DNA of 64,000 nt from Monocercomonoides exilis PA203 (lineage: Eukaryota > Protista > Preaxostyla), in the NCBI GenBank assembly GCA_001643675.2, contig LSRY02000003.1:2232001-2296000 (forward strand), written 5' to 3'. Positions 16,243 to 28,413 of this stretch are shown piece after piece; positions within the stretch are counted from its first letter, which is position 1; each line of letters begins with the position of its first letter. Under the pieces are notes generated by a model. It was not told where the DNA came from and made no database searches. It worked only from the letters and a program-made list of their open reading frames with translations. The position numbers were made by a program, and so were the translations under genes.

Positions 16243-17595
16243 AATTTCTCTTTTCACTCTTCCTATACTCTCTTTTCAATCATCTCCTCGTCCGAATCCC
16301 ATCCATTTCAACCATCTCTTCCCTCTCACTCACTCAACTCATCCGTTTCCGCCTCCTCAACAACCTCAACCACTTCTTCTTCCACAAACTCCAATACCAA
16401 TACTATCCCCTCTTTATCCATTCATTCATCCCTTTCCATCTACTCAACCATCTTCCTCCACACCCACAACCCCATCGATGGCTCCATTCTCCCCAACCTC
16501 AACAGCCCATCCACCTCTCTCTCTGCCTTCAACACCTCTTTTCTCCACCAAACTCGATCTTTATCAAATGCTGCTGTTGAGCACATTGGAAATGAAACTC
16601 ACAGAAAGAATTTAACTCGACTGTCCTTTACTGAATTGAATAGCTATCTCTTTGAGTTGTGCGAATGGAATGATTCAAATGGAGGAAGTGATTGGGGTGG
16701 AGCACTTTCTGTTGTTTGCGCAAACGCAAATCTCGCTATCACTTCTTGCTCATTCAGTAAATGTACAACCACAGGAAGTGGAGAAGGTGGAGCAATATTC
16801 TGTCAATATTTATTACAAATCAGCATCACAAAATCGAATTTCACAAATTGCCAGGCGAGACATGGAGGAGCTGTGGAAATATGGACTCCTCAATCTAATT
16901 CCGTTTGGGCATTCTCTGAAAACAGAGTGGAAAGTTGTTCAATAACATATTGGTGTGGAACTGGCTGGTATTTCTGGCTCAATGATATGCCATCAAATGC
17001 TCAATTCTTGTTCACAAACTGCAAGTGCATTGCCAATTCTGGTGGAGATTCTACTGGTTCTCTCACATTCAATAATCCTCCACAAAACAAACCAACTCAG
17101 TTTTTGGTTGATGATTGCCAATTTATAAATAATAAATTAACTGCTTCTTCGACATATGGAGGTGCTGCCATCTATTTGGATGTCACTTATTCCTGGATGA
17201 GCGGGCTAAAATTCATCACATTCTGTTTCTTCGATGGCAACACTGCCACAAATGGCAGAGGAAATGACGTGTTCTTCAGTGGAAGCAGCATCACTCAATC
17301 TCCTTTCCAGCAATGTGGATCAACAACTTTAACAAAAAGAGTGTGGAATGCAGGAACTGCAGATAGCAGTGTGTACAATGGATGGCTTCCAATCATCAAC
17401 CAGAACAAAATAGTCTCAAATGGTGGAAGCGATATCGATGCCTGTGGCAAAACACAGCAAAGCCCATGTGCCACGGTGGAGTATGCTCTCGGATGCATTG
17501 CTCCCTTCAGCGATGCCTCCCTCTCTCTTCTCGTCTCCACTTTCACTCCCACAAAGACTCTCACATTCCGTTCTCCAAATACAAAAATCAAATGA
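16243..17595 (+). CDS. Beta-helix cassette c2 (frame open from 16243 with no upstream ATG; stops at TKIK*)
   Basis: Same family. The frame is open from just after the TAA at 16240-16242 through HTHNPIDGSILPNLNSP to a TGA at the shared 3' breakpoint. Confidence 0.75.
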   Translation, partial: NFSFHSSYTLFSIISSSESHPFQPSLPSHSLNSSVSASSTTSTTSSSTNSNTNTIPSLSIHSSLSIYSTIFLHTHNPIDGSILPNLNSPSTSLSAFNTSFLHQTRSLSNAAVEHIGNETHRKNLTRLSFTELNSYLFELCEWNDSNGGSDWGGALSVVCANANLAITSCSFSKCTTTGSGEGGAIFCQYLLQISITKSNFTNCQARHGGAVEIWTPQSNSVWAFSENRVESCSITYWCGTGWYFWLNDMPSNAQFLFTNCKCIANSGGDSTGSLTFNNPPQNKPTQFLVDDCQFINNKLTASSTYGGAAIYLDVTYSWMSGLKFITFCFFDGNTATNGRGNDVFFSGSSITQSPFQQCGSTTLTKRVWNAGTADSSVYNGWLPIINQNKIVSNGGSDIDACGKTQQSPCATVEYALGCIAPFSDASLSLLVSTFTPTKTLTFRSPNTKIK

Positions 17596-19020
17596 AATGA
17601 TGAATTTTTTCAGGTTCTCATATAAATTCTTTCATTTTCCATATCATAGAAAACTCCTATAGCTATCATAGCTTTTTCAATTGGAGTATATATCATCATT
17701 ATTTTTTCAAAAAGCACAACATAAGCTCAGATAAAAACATATTTCTTTCATTTTCTATTTGATTTGGCTTCTTCATCAAACGAAAACAAAGCTCGTTGCT
17801 TTAAGAAATCGTCGATTTCTCCTCTTCAATATTCATCTCTTCGATCATATCAGAAAGTTCTTTAAAACATTTATTTCCTCAACATTCCGATTTCAATATG
17901 CTTGTATCCGATTAGCGCTAATATCTCATACAATTTCTTTTCATATAAGCCTTTCCCTCTAAATTGATTTTCTTCTTTATTTCATCTTCAATGGCTCACA
18001 GAAGGTGTATCGCATTGAGAAATCTCTCGAAGATCATTTACATCATCGTTCGTTCTAAATAACGTCTTCTGCCCTGCTCCTTCTGTTTTCTGTGAATTCT
18101 TTCAATCAAAAAACGAAAAAGTCAGAATCGATTTTCTTGCTGATTGCACGCCTTCTGACAGCTTTTCTTGGCTAAAAATAGAATCGTTTCCGTTGACATA
18201 TAACTTCAGCTTTTGAGTTTCCAAATTGATATCGATGATGAGGCCTGGAGCTGAATTCGGGGGGAGTTGAGTGAAATGAACAATTCAACATTATTTTTGT
18301 TTTTCATCGAAGAAGGAGTTGAAGAAGTTGATTTGAATGAAATGAATGAATTCGTCCAAAAAGCCTTTTTTCATCACGAGAATTGCGAATGAAACATAAA
18401 ATGAAAGCATATTTGGTGAACGGTCGTTGAGAGGAAGAAAAGTGAATGAAATAATTGTTAGTTCAATTTGTCTGCGCTTCCAATTGAACAGTTTAAATGC
18501 ATCAGAAGGTCGATGATCTGATTCAACTTCAAGTGAGTTATTATGGCATTGAAGGAGTTAAAGATAATGGTGAAGATGGCATAGCTGGTGGGAAAGGACA
18601 AATCGCAGAAGAAATTATAGAATTTGAAGAAGATGAAGAAGATGAGATCATTGAGAGATGAACAATCAGTCATATAGCATTTCTGAAGAAGATGAAAAAA
18701 ATGACTTGTATGATGTTGTCAGTTGGTGAAATGTCACATTTGACAAGTTGATTTCAGAAGGAATATAAAACCCCAATAACAAATAATATTGGCCAATTCG
18801 CATTTATTTGTCAATGAAGATTGATATCTTCAGTTCATTTGCAAACTTTGAGTGGTTTCATTGCTTTCTCTTCAAAAACATAAAAATAATGATGTTTGTC
18901 GGTTGGCTCTGAAAATACAAAAGACATAAATATCTGATGAAGATAAAAGTTAAGTTGAATACGAAGATGAATACAAAGATAAAGAAGCAGTAGAAGAAAA
19001 AAAAGAAGGTAATGAAGGAA

Positions 19021-19135
19021 AAGGAGGAGGAGGAGGAGGAGGAGAAGAAGAAGAAGAAGAAGAAGAAGAAGAAGAAGAAGAAGAAGAAGAAGAAGAAGAA
19101 GAAGAAGAAGAAGAAGAAGAAGAAGAAGAAGAAGA
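19021..19135 (+). repeat. (GGA)n/(GAA)n microsatellite
   Basis: A short GGA run followed by a long pure GAA tract. Confidence 0.9.
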
Positions 19136-21729
19136 TGTTGAAGTTAAAGAAGAAGAAGAAGCAATATGTGACTGAAGAAGATTTTGTGTGTTTTTTGCAA
19201 TGCGATTCATAACAGGCGTGCTTGTCGATGAATAAACAGGTGAATTGTGAGAAGGCGAATCTTGTGTTTGCAAACCGAGAAATGAGAAAGATGGTTGATT
19301 GAATGAAGGAGAATTATCAGAAGAAGAAGAAGAAGAAAAAGATGGAAATGATGTGATAGAGAAATGCGGAATCAGTCGAACGATATTTATGATGTTGAGA
19401 ATAATTTGCATGAAGTCGTTGATTGGCCGAAATGTTTCATTTAATGCATTCACTTCAGATTGGCCAGAAAAAATTCAATCACTAAATATGTGACGAACAG
19501 ATTGTGAAAATCAATCTTGCTGTATTTCTTCAAAGTTTATTGACTTTCTTTTTGTAATTTCCTCTCCTTTCCCCTCGAAAATTGAAAATGTTGATTTTTC
19601 TCAATTTCCATTCCCTTCTTCCATTCAGCTCACAAACTCCTCAGAAAATATCAATCCCCTCCTTTTCTTCATCTTTCCCCATCTCTTCCAAAATATCTTC
19701 TCCTCTCATTAAAATACCCCTCTTCCATTTGAAAGCTTCAGAAAATTCTTCTTCTTTTCCACTTTTGCCCTCTTTTCTTTCTTTTCAAAATCCATTTCTC
19801 CAATCAACAATAATCACCTTCTTCATCATCCTCAACCACTTCTCTATATATTTTCTCCCTTTTCTTCTATAAATCTCCACTTGCTCCTTCCCCACCCCTT
19901 TGTCTCAGAATTTCTTTCATTTATAAACCCCTCTCGAAATATAAACATTCCAAAAAATACCCAACTCCCACCTTCTCCCACAAATAATCCTCTTCCATCT
20001 CTTCTCTGCCCCATATCCCTCATGTTCATGTTATTGACAAGATAAACATCAAATACTTTTTTGTATCGTTGAGAATATTATTAAAGGAGATGATCATGCC
20101 AAAAACAGAAAAAAACACATCCTGACAGGCAACACAATGTGGACAGGTTGAGAAGACCCTTCAGTGAGATATACGATATATTTTGTGGAGATGCATTCAG
20201 TGTTGCATTTTGACCATTCTGAGACTGAAATGAAGAGATTGATTTATTTTTGGAATGATGATGGCTGTGGAAATGAGGCTGTTTGGCAAAATACAGTCAA
20301 AGAGCAGTTTGTTCTTTATTTATTTTATTTATATGAATATTAGCCTTTTGATGTTTTTTGTGTTGTTTTCAGGGCAGGAGGTCAAAAAGAATGAAAATGA
20401 ACGAAAGCGGGATATCTCGTTGTGCAGGGTGGCTATCGAGTTGAGCCAGCAAATTCATATGGAAAGTGCCCAGGGTGAAGGGATTGGGAAGGAAATTGGA
20501 GATGATATTTTCAGACGAAAAACAGGACATTTTTCAATGAGAAAGATGGAATTTGAGTTGAATACATAAATTTCACATTTTTCAGAAGAGCAAGATATCG
20601 CTACATTTGATGGAGAAACAACTGATGGAAAGGATGATTTGCGAATCAGATGATGAAACATTCGAAAACGAAAGGAATAATGAAATTGATAAAGAAAACA
20701 GGTGCCAACGGGATAAAATATAGGCATTGGCTTAAAAATAGGTTCTGAAGGTTTGTTGATATATTTTTTGAATTTATTATTATTTTGTTTAAAGAATGCT
20801 GAAAGAATGAGGGATTTGCTGACTTTGAAGAAGAAAAAGAAAAGCAAGGAAGGAAAAATAAAGACAGACAGATGAAATGCGAGATATTTCGAAGATGTCT
20901 GGCATTAACCTTTGGCGAAGAATTATTTTTGAGGAAAGAAGATTTTTTGTGAAATAAGGGAAGCGAAAGAAGAAGAGATGGAATGAAAAAGGAATTGCTC
21001 AATATTTCATATTTTTTGTTGGAGAGAGAGAAAGAGATTGAGCTGAAAGTGAAAAAGGATTCAGATGTTTCTCCTCTGCAGAAGAAAAAGAAACAGAAGA
21101 AGAGAATTTCAATGAATTTCTCTGTTGATATTTATTGACTCCCATCTTCTCAATTGTCAACAATTAATCGTCTCATTCAATCCATTCATCATCTTCTTCT
21201 TCTTCAAATACATCAACATTTCACACAGCTTCTTCTTCATTATCATCATTCACTTCATCTGATTGGATTTCTTCATGATCTGTTTCATCATCAGAGATCA
21301 TGAATGAAATGAAAAGGAAACAAGGAAATATATTGATGAAGGAAATAATCAGAAATGAGAGTTAGAAGGTGAAAAAAGAGGAGAAAGAGAAAGAGAACGC
21401 GAGTGAAGAGATTATTTTGAGAGGGGATTCAGAAAGGAAATGGAATTGAGATGGAAGATATTTTTTGAATGAATTAAAGAATAATAGGAAGAAGAGGAGA
21501 GAAAAAACAGGAATTTTCACAAAGAAATGTATTTGGATAAATAGAGGATAAATTTGAATGAAGAAATAACAAATAAGAGCAAATGATGAAATTCAGAAGA
21601 AAACTAAAATTTCAAATTTGAGAGAAAAGAAGAAATGAGAGAAGAGGAGAAAATACAGAGAAAAAAAATTAGAGAAGGAAACAAGAAATGCATTTCATTG
21701 GAGAATTTGGAAAGAAAAGCTAGAATCGA

Positions 21730-22680
21730 TCATTTTTTCTCAGCGTTTTCAGCTGTGTTGCTGTTCCACACTCTTTCAGCTGGGGTTGTTGATCCACAAT
21801 TCTCGAATGGGGATTGAGTGATTGCATTGCCACTGAAGAACACATCGTTTCCTCTGCCATTGGTTGCAGTGTTTCCATCGAAGAAGCAGAATGTGATGAA
21901 TTTCATTCCATTCATCCAGGAATAAGTTGAATGATAATAAATAGCAGCGCCTCCATAAGAAGAAGAAGCAGTCAGATTGTTATCGATGAACTGACAATCA
22001 TTAACCAAAAATTGATTTGGTTTGTTTTGTGGAGGCCAACGAAATGTGAGTGAGCCGGTTGAATCTTTACCAGAATTTGAGATGCACTTGCATTTGGAAA
22101 ACATGAATTGACCGTTTGAAGAAAAATCACCAATATAGAAATACCATCCAGTTCCATAAATGCTTGTTATTGAACAATTTTCGACTTTGTTATCAGAAAA
22201 TGAATAAATGGAAGATGATTGTCTGCCATCAATATCAATTGCACCTCCATGAGGAGCAGAACAGTTTGAAAAATTTGATTTTGCAATATTCTCATTTTGC
22301 AAACAGTAACTGTATAACGCTCCACCACCAGTATCGCCTGTGATCGAACATTTGCTGAATGAACAGGAAGTGATTGTGAGGTTGGCATTTACACAAAAGA
22401 CTTTAAGTGCTCCTCCATGATCGTTTCCTCCATTTGAATCTTTCCATTCACACCACTCAAAACAATGGCTATTCTCATCAAAAGTGGCCAATCTTCCAGG
22501 TGATTTTCTTTCAGTTTCAGTTCCAATATGAACGATAGGTGCATTTGATGAAGATCGAGTTTGATGAAGGAAAGAGGTGTTGAAGGCAGAGAGAGAAGTG
22601 GATGGGCTGTTAAGGGAAGGGAGAATGGCACCATCGATAGGGTTGTGAGTGTGGAGGAAAATGGTTGAGTGGATGGAGAG
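21730..22680 (-). pseudogene. Beta-helix cassette c3 (short 3' class)
   Basis: Same family; ends at 'RVWNSNTAENAEKK*'. Its 5' ~500 bp is nearly identical to c7. Confidence 0.72.
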
Positions 22681-23344
22681 GAATGAGTCGGAGGATTTTG
22701 TTTGCCAGATGAACTCAACGTTGAAAAAACTGAAATTAAACGATTTCTGCGAACATCTTCATTTTTGTTTGTCTTCATTTATCTTCTCAAATCTCAATCT
22801 TCAATCAACTCATTTTGTACGTTCATTCAACACCTTCAAAATCTGCTTCAAATCATCAACAACATATAACACAACAATTTCCTCAACATCCACTTCATCT
22901 GTTTTGAATTCTCCATCAATTGCGTCAACATCAGAGAAAAGGAGAGAAAAGAAGAAACGAAGAAATTATACAGCTGAAGGGAAAAAATTACAAATGAAAA
23001 TTGGAAGAACATAGATTGGAAAATGAAAGCAGGCAAGAAAACTCACATAAAGCCAAAGAAAATTTCTTTCATCTGGAATTGCAGCTTCACAGACTTCTTC
23101 TTTTGAGGATGGAGAGGAAAACATTTTGTGGAATCTTTCTGAAGCCGCATGGCTTCTGTGGAATTTTTGCCTTTATTCAACAGAATGAGCAGATGACAGC
23201 AACTGCAGCATTTTCCATTTCTGAATTGATCTTTTCACATATTCCACTTTTTTTTTTCGTCTAATGTTAGACCAGAACGATTATTCATTCATAATTAGCA
23301 TAACTTCTTCATCTTCTAATTTCAACTCAACTTTTTAAGAAAGC

Positions 23345-24330
23345 TTGTTTTATCTTTTCCCATCGATCGAGAACGGCGATCTTTCACAGCTGGTTGATCT
23401 TTCTGATCCGAATGTGGATGTGGTGTTTGTGGATCCATTGGAGCTGTTGTACGACACGAAAGCCTATTTCAAAAAGCTTCTTGTGGCAGGGGTTGCACAG
23501 AAGTCGTCTCTTCGCTCAGCGCCTTCGTCTTTTTCAACGGGAGCAGCACGCCGATCAACTTCGCCATTCCGGAGTCGGAGAAGCGAAGAGAAGAAGGCAG
23601 CAGAAGACGATAAGCTATCTTCTTCTTTTTCTTCTTCAGCAACTGCGATTGACCCTTCGGATGAATTTGCTGTAGCAGCGTCAAACAAGTCGGCTGGAGC
23701 GATGGACAACATCGAGAGGTGGCTGTGGTGTATGATAGTCACGGATTGTCGTTTCTGAGGGAGCAACAGACGCTGCATGGATATGTTGTGGCTCGGCGGG
23801 CGGTGCTGTATGGGGGTGTTGTGTGTGCACACGATGTGGCGCTTTCAGCGATACTTTCGGTTTCGCTGGTCGCCCCGCTTCCTTCGCTTGCAGTGTAAGT
23901 TAGCACGAAGTCGGGGAGCAAGCGGATCTTTTCAGCGGCAGATGTGAATGCGTTCCCGTCGATCTACGATCTGTTTGACCCGTCGCTGCTGCCGTCGGCG
24001 ATAGCGCGGCTGGTGTCGCGATCGCCGCAGTCGAGGTGTGTGGAGGTGAAACTGGACGACGAAGTGATGGGGCGAGGGGTTGCAGTGTGTGAAGTGGGGA
24101 GATTGTGGAGAAGGGGCTTTCGGCAGCGGGGATGAGGATGGAGGATGTGGTTCTGTCACAAGCAGCGATTGCGCTGGCTGTGCTGGAGGAGCGAGAAGAG
24201 GCAGAGGGAGGTGATAGGAATGAGGAGAAAAGCGAGTATCCGACAGCTCACAGAGAGTTTGTGGAGAGAATCAAAGAGAACCAGGGGAAGCTGGAAGAAG
24301 CGATGGCGCCTTTGATTGTGGAGGCGCTTG
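23345..24330 (+). pseudogene. IQCH-like (IQ motif-containing H, ATP-grasp-like region) pseudogene fragment
   Basis: 'LVDLSDPNVDVVFVDP..YFKKLL' and 'DVALSAILSVSLVAP..STKSGSKRIFSAADV..IYDL..VKLDDEVMGRGVAVCEV' match my recollection of IQCH conserved blocks. Disrupted by a frameshift near 23750 and an in-frame TAA at 23896-23898. Confidence 0.65.
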
Positions 24331-26955
24331 GGATGAGCGGGCTGAGGTTTGTGAAGGCAGAGACTGAGGTGGGTGTAAGCAAGCAGCATCCAATGAAACC
24401 TGAAGTGTGCAGTTCTTCTCCATCCAATGGCATTCAACAGGAGAACAGAAGAGCAGCAGAAGAAGAAGCAGCAGATGGATCTTTGGGCATGACTTCAGAT
24501 GGAAGTGCAGAGGAAGTGGGAAAAGATGTGGAACAGGTGGAAATGTCGAAAAGTGGTTTAGAGATGAATGAGGAATCAGGGAGAGAGGGTAGTTCGATTG
24601 ATTTGGAAGAAAAAGAGAAGAAACAGATAATAAGGGATTGGAGAAAGACACCCACAATAAAGCATTCCCGTATCCTCAAAAGCCAAAGGAACATACAAAA
24701 GCAGTTAAAGAATATGACTGGGGATAAATAATGTGACTCATTTGGCGAGCCTGAAAAATTTCCAGGGTCATTTTGTGAGGAAGAAACGCTGCCTCTTCTA
24801 CCGCCTTTGGGAGAACAGAGGGAAGAAGGCGGGGAAGGGAAGAGAGGAGCGGCAAATAATCGTCTTCTTGGTCGGTTCAATGACATTCGGAATTGTTTGA
24901 AAAGAGGGAAGATGATGAATGAGCATCATCCTTCACCATCATCCGCTTCAAATTCATTGAATGTTGGGAGTCAGCCTCATTTTGAGCATCCATGCAGCAG
25001 TGCTTCTGTTGTGATTCAACAAGAAGAATGCAAACAAATTCCTCTATCATCATCATCTTCTTCTTCTTCTTCTTCTTCTTCTTCTTCATATTCCTCTTCA
25101 TATATGATCTCGAATTCGAGTAGTTGTGATTGTATTGCAATTGTTTCTATCTAGCAGCACACAATTTGAGAGTGTCTCCCACACGTCAATGCTGTCGAAG
25201 ATTCCCTTTTGGAGCACTTGTGAAGGCTCTGGTTGCTCATATGTGCAAATGCCTTCTCCGCCTCCACACTCTTCAGATGCACTGTTTCTTCCTCCTCTTC
25301 ATCTTCATCTTCATCTTCTTCGCTTTTATTTTCCTCAGCATTTTCATCACCATTATGGATATCGTCACTTTCTCCTCCATCAACGTCATCTTCAATCACA
25401 GTCTGTTTCATGTCTCCATTCGGATGATTATCTTCGTTTGACTCAGCCACACGCAAATGTTTGCTGTTTGATGAGCAATGTTGATTTTTTGGGAGAGTTT
25501 ATAAATGAAATAGAAAATGGATCAAAAGGAGATGAGAAAGAAAAAGGAGCAGAGAAATAGCAGAAGAACAATAGAAATATGAAGAAGGAAAAGAAGAAGA
25601 AGGTATATTCAGAGAGAAGAAGAATATTCAGAGAAGAGGAGGGAGAAGGAGAAAATTGGATTGATGATTGATGATTGGACTGTGAAAGAGGAAAGGGAGA
25701 AGCAGAAACGTGAATGGTGTTTGTATTTCTTTGATGGGTTCTATTTCTCTGAAATCTTCATCTTCTTCCTTCTTTCTTCTTCCTCGTCTGATTCATCACC
25801 AATTTCAACATCAAAACAAGCAAGATTATCTTCAATGCATTCTTTTCTTCTTCTTTCTTCTTCTTCTTCTGTTTCATGTTCTTCTTCACTGCTTTCTGCA
25901 TCCTCATCTGATTCATTCACTCAAACAATCCAATCTTCCTCTGCCTTTGGGCTATATTACACCTACTTCTCTTCTTCTTCTTCACCTTCTTCTTCGTCTT
26001 TTTCTTCGTCTTCTTCGTTTTTTTATTTTCATTCTTCTTCGTTGTGATCTTAACCTTTTTCTCCTTCGTTTCCGCCTTTTTTTCTTCCTTTTTGGTGTTC
26101 TTCAACTTCTGCATTGTTTTTGCAATATTCATCTCACTTCCTTCTCGATCGGCAATTGGCCTTCTGATGCATTCATTCATCCAAATCAGCAAAGACGCTA
26201 AATTGTACATAACATAGCTTCATTAACTTTTCTTCTTCTCATCGTCCATTCACCACATACGCCATCATTTCATGTTTCATTCACAATTCTCGTGATGAAA
26301 AAAAGGCGATTTGAGCAACTTCATTCATTTCATTCAAATCAGCTTCTTCTTCAACGCCTTCTTCGTTGAAAATCAAGAAGTGCCATTTCCATTTCATTCA
26401 ACTCCCGTCAAATTCAGGGCCAAGCCTCATCTTTCATTCTTACTCAGAAAGACAAAAGGATTATTCATTCTTTCACAGAATAACAGCTAATGTTATTTTA
26501 CAAAGGAAATTGCACAATGTTTAACCAAGAAAAGCTGATCATCAGGCATTCAACAGAAAACAGAGATTGAATCTGACTTTTTTGATTTTGAAGATCAAGC
26601 ATCTGAAGTGAAAAGAAAAAGTATTCAAGCTATTTTTGTTTGAAATGGATGTGTTCCAAAATAGCCTTCTGCAGATTACACAGATACGAAACTGGAGCAA
26701 ATTGTTGAAAATGAAAAGGAAAGGAAAATTTAGAAGAGCATGTTGATATGCCTGAAGAAATCCTATTTGAAGAGATGAAAGCGATGAATCTTTTTTCTTG
26801 AGCTCAATTCATATTTGATGAAAAGGAAAAATTTGATGAAGAAATGACGAAGAAATAGTTTTATATGAGCGGAGATTAAAGATAGATTGAAAAAAATAAA
26901 CTTCTGGTGAAAAGAAGATGATAGGTGTAGGATATTTCTCTGATATGGAAAATGG

Positions 26956-28413
26956 TCAAAAATGAGAAAATGAAAGAATTTGTATGAGAATCAGATAAAG
27001 TTTATCATTTCCTGTGATTTTTGCATCAGCTGCGCTGAAAGTGAGTGTTTGAGTTGGAACAAATATTGAGGTGAGGAGGGTGAGAGAGGCATCGTGGAGG
27101 AGGGAAATGAAGGCGTTGAGAGCATACTCGATGGTGGCACATGGGGTCTGTTGGGGTCTGCCACAGGCATCGGCATCAGTTCCATTGCTGGCAACGATTT
27201 TGTTCTGGGCGATGATTGGAAGCCAGCCATTGTACTCAACATTATCTGCAGTTCCTTGATTCCACACTCTTTTCGATAGGGTTGTTGAACCACAATTCTC
27301 AAATGGTGATTGGGTGATGCTGCTGCCATTGAAAAACACATCGTTTCCTCTGCCATTAGTTGCTGTGTTTCCATCGAAGAAACAGAATGTGATGAATTTC
27401 ATTCCACTCATCCAAGTGAAGGTGTACATGCAGCACAGCCCAGCTCCTCCGCGTGTGGAGGAGGCAGTCAATTCATTGTTAATAAATTGGCACTCATTGA
27501 TCAAAAATTGACTCGGTTTGTTTCCTGGAGGATTATAAAATGTTAAAGAACCAGCAGAATCTCCACCAGAATTTGAGATACACTTACATTTGGAAAACAA
27601 AAATTGAAAATTTAACTGATTATAATCTAGAGCAAAATACCAACCAGTTCCACACCAATTTGTTATTTTACAACTTTCCACTCTGTTTTCTGAAAATGAA
27701 TAAACAGAATTTGATTGAGGATAAGCAATGCAATTTGCTCCTCCATTAGCCGCAGCGCAACTTGTGAAATTTGATTTTGAAATGTCAGTCTTCAACGAAC
27801 GATTACAATATAATGCTCCGCCGTGGCCATTACCTGTACAAGAGCAATTGTGAAATGTGCAAGATGTAATTGTGAGATTTGCATTTGTACAGTTGACTTT
27901 CAGAGCACCTCCATGATCACTTCCGCAATTTGAATCGTTCCATTCGCACCATTCAAAGCGATGACTTTCAACATTAAATGAAGTCAGTCTACCTGGTCTC
28001 TTTCTATCTGTTTCAGTTCCAACATGTACAATAGGTCCATTTGATGAAGAACGTGTTTGGTGGAGAAAGGAAGTGTTGAAAGCAGAGAGAGAGGTGGATG
28101 GGCTGTTAAGGTTGGTGAGGATGGCACCATCGATGGGGTTGTGGGTGTGGAGGAAGATGGTTGAGTAGATGGAGAGGGATGAATGAATGGATAAAGAGGG
28201 GATTGCATTGATGTTTGTGGAAGTGGAAGAGAGAGAAGAGGAAGTAGTTGATGTGAATGAATTGAGTGAGAATGAGAGAAGTGATGGAAGTGAGAGATGG
28301 AACGAAAAGGAAATCAAAGAATGAAAAAGATGCTTTATAATGGATTGATTTTGTTGAAAGAGCTTTTGCAGTTTGCAATATTTAAAAAAATGAAATTGCT
28401 CAAATTGTTTCAT
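26956..28413 (-). CDS. Beta-helix cassette c4
   Basis: 485-aa ORF of the same family. It has an ATG (MKQFEQF), but the equivalent ATG frame is closed by a stop upstream of c2 and c11. Confidence 0.75.
   Translation of the reverse strand: MKQFEQFHFFKYCKLQKLFQQNQSIIKHLFHSLISFSFHLSLPSLLSFSLNSFTSTTSSSLSSTSTNINAIPSLSIHSSLSIYSTIFLHTHNPIDGAILTNLNSPSTSLSAFNTSFLHQTRSSSNGPIVHVGTETDRKRPGRLTSFNVESHRFEWCEWNDSNCGSDHGGALKVNCTNANLTITSCTFHNCSCTGNGHGGALYCNRSLKTDISKSNFTSCAAANGGANCIAYPQSNSVYSFSENRVESCKITNWCGTGWYFALDYNQLNFQFLFSKCKCISNSGGDSAGSLTFYNPPGNKPSQFLINECQFINNELTASSTRGGAGLCCMYTFTWMSGMKFITFCFFDGNTATNGRGNDVFFNGSSITQSPFENCGSTTLSKRVWNQGTADNVEYNGWLPIIAQNKIVASNGTDADACGRPQQTPCATIEYALNAFISLLHDASLTLLTSIFVPTQTLTFSAADAKITGNDKLYLILIQILSFSHF

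Larger units (their letters stand above)
11640..22680 (+). repeat. Segmental duplication unit 1 (c1, spacer, c2, flank, c3)
   Basis: 12180-12650 is near-identical to 26480-26945, and 19180-21700 matches 33210-35870, both in direct orientation (offset ~14 kb). Confidence 0.8.

Noticed and set aside
18950-21002. Short repeated ORFs in the linker and flank modules as real genes
   Set aside because: Frames and stops are not conserved between the three copies, so they are treated as decayed remnants.
23881-23900. TAA/TAG-to-Gln recoding (as in some oxymonads) rescuing broken ORFs
   Set aside because: The conserved genes are long and free of in-frame TAA/TAG, and kinesin and cyclin end in TAA. 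The IQCH-like region is also frameshifted.
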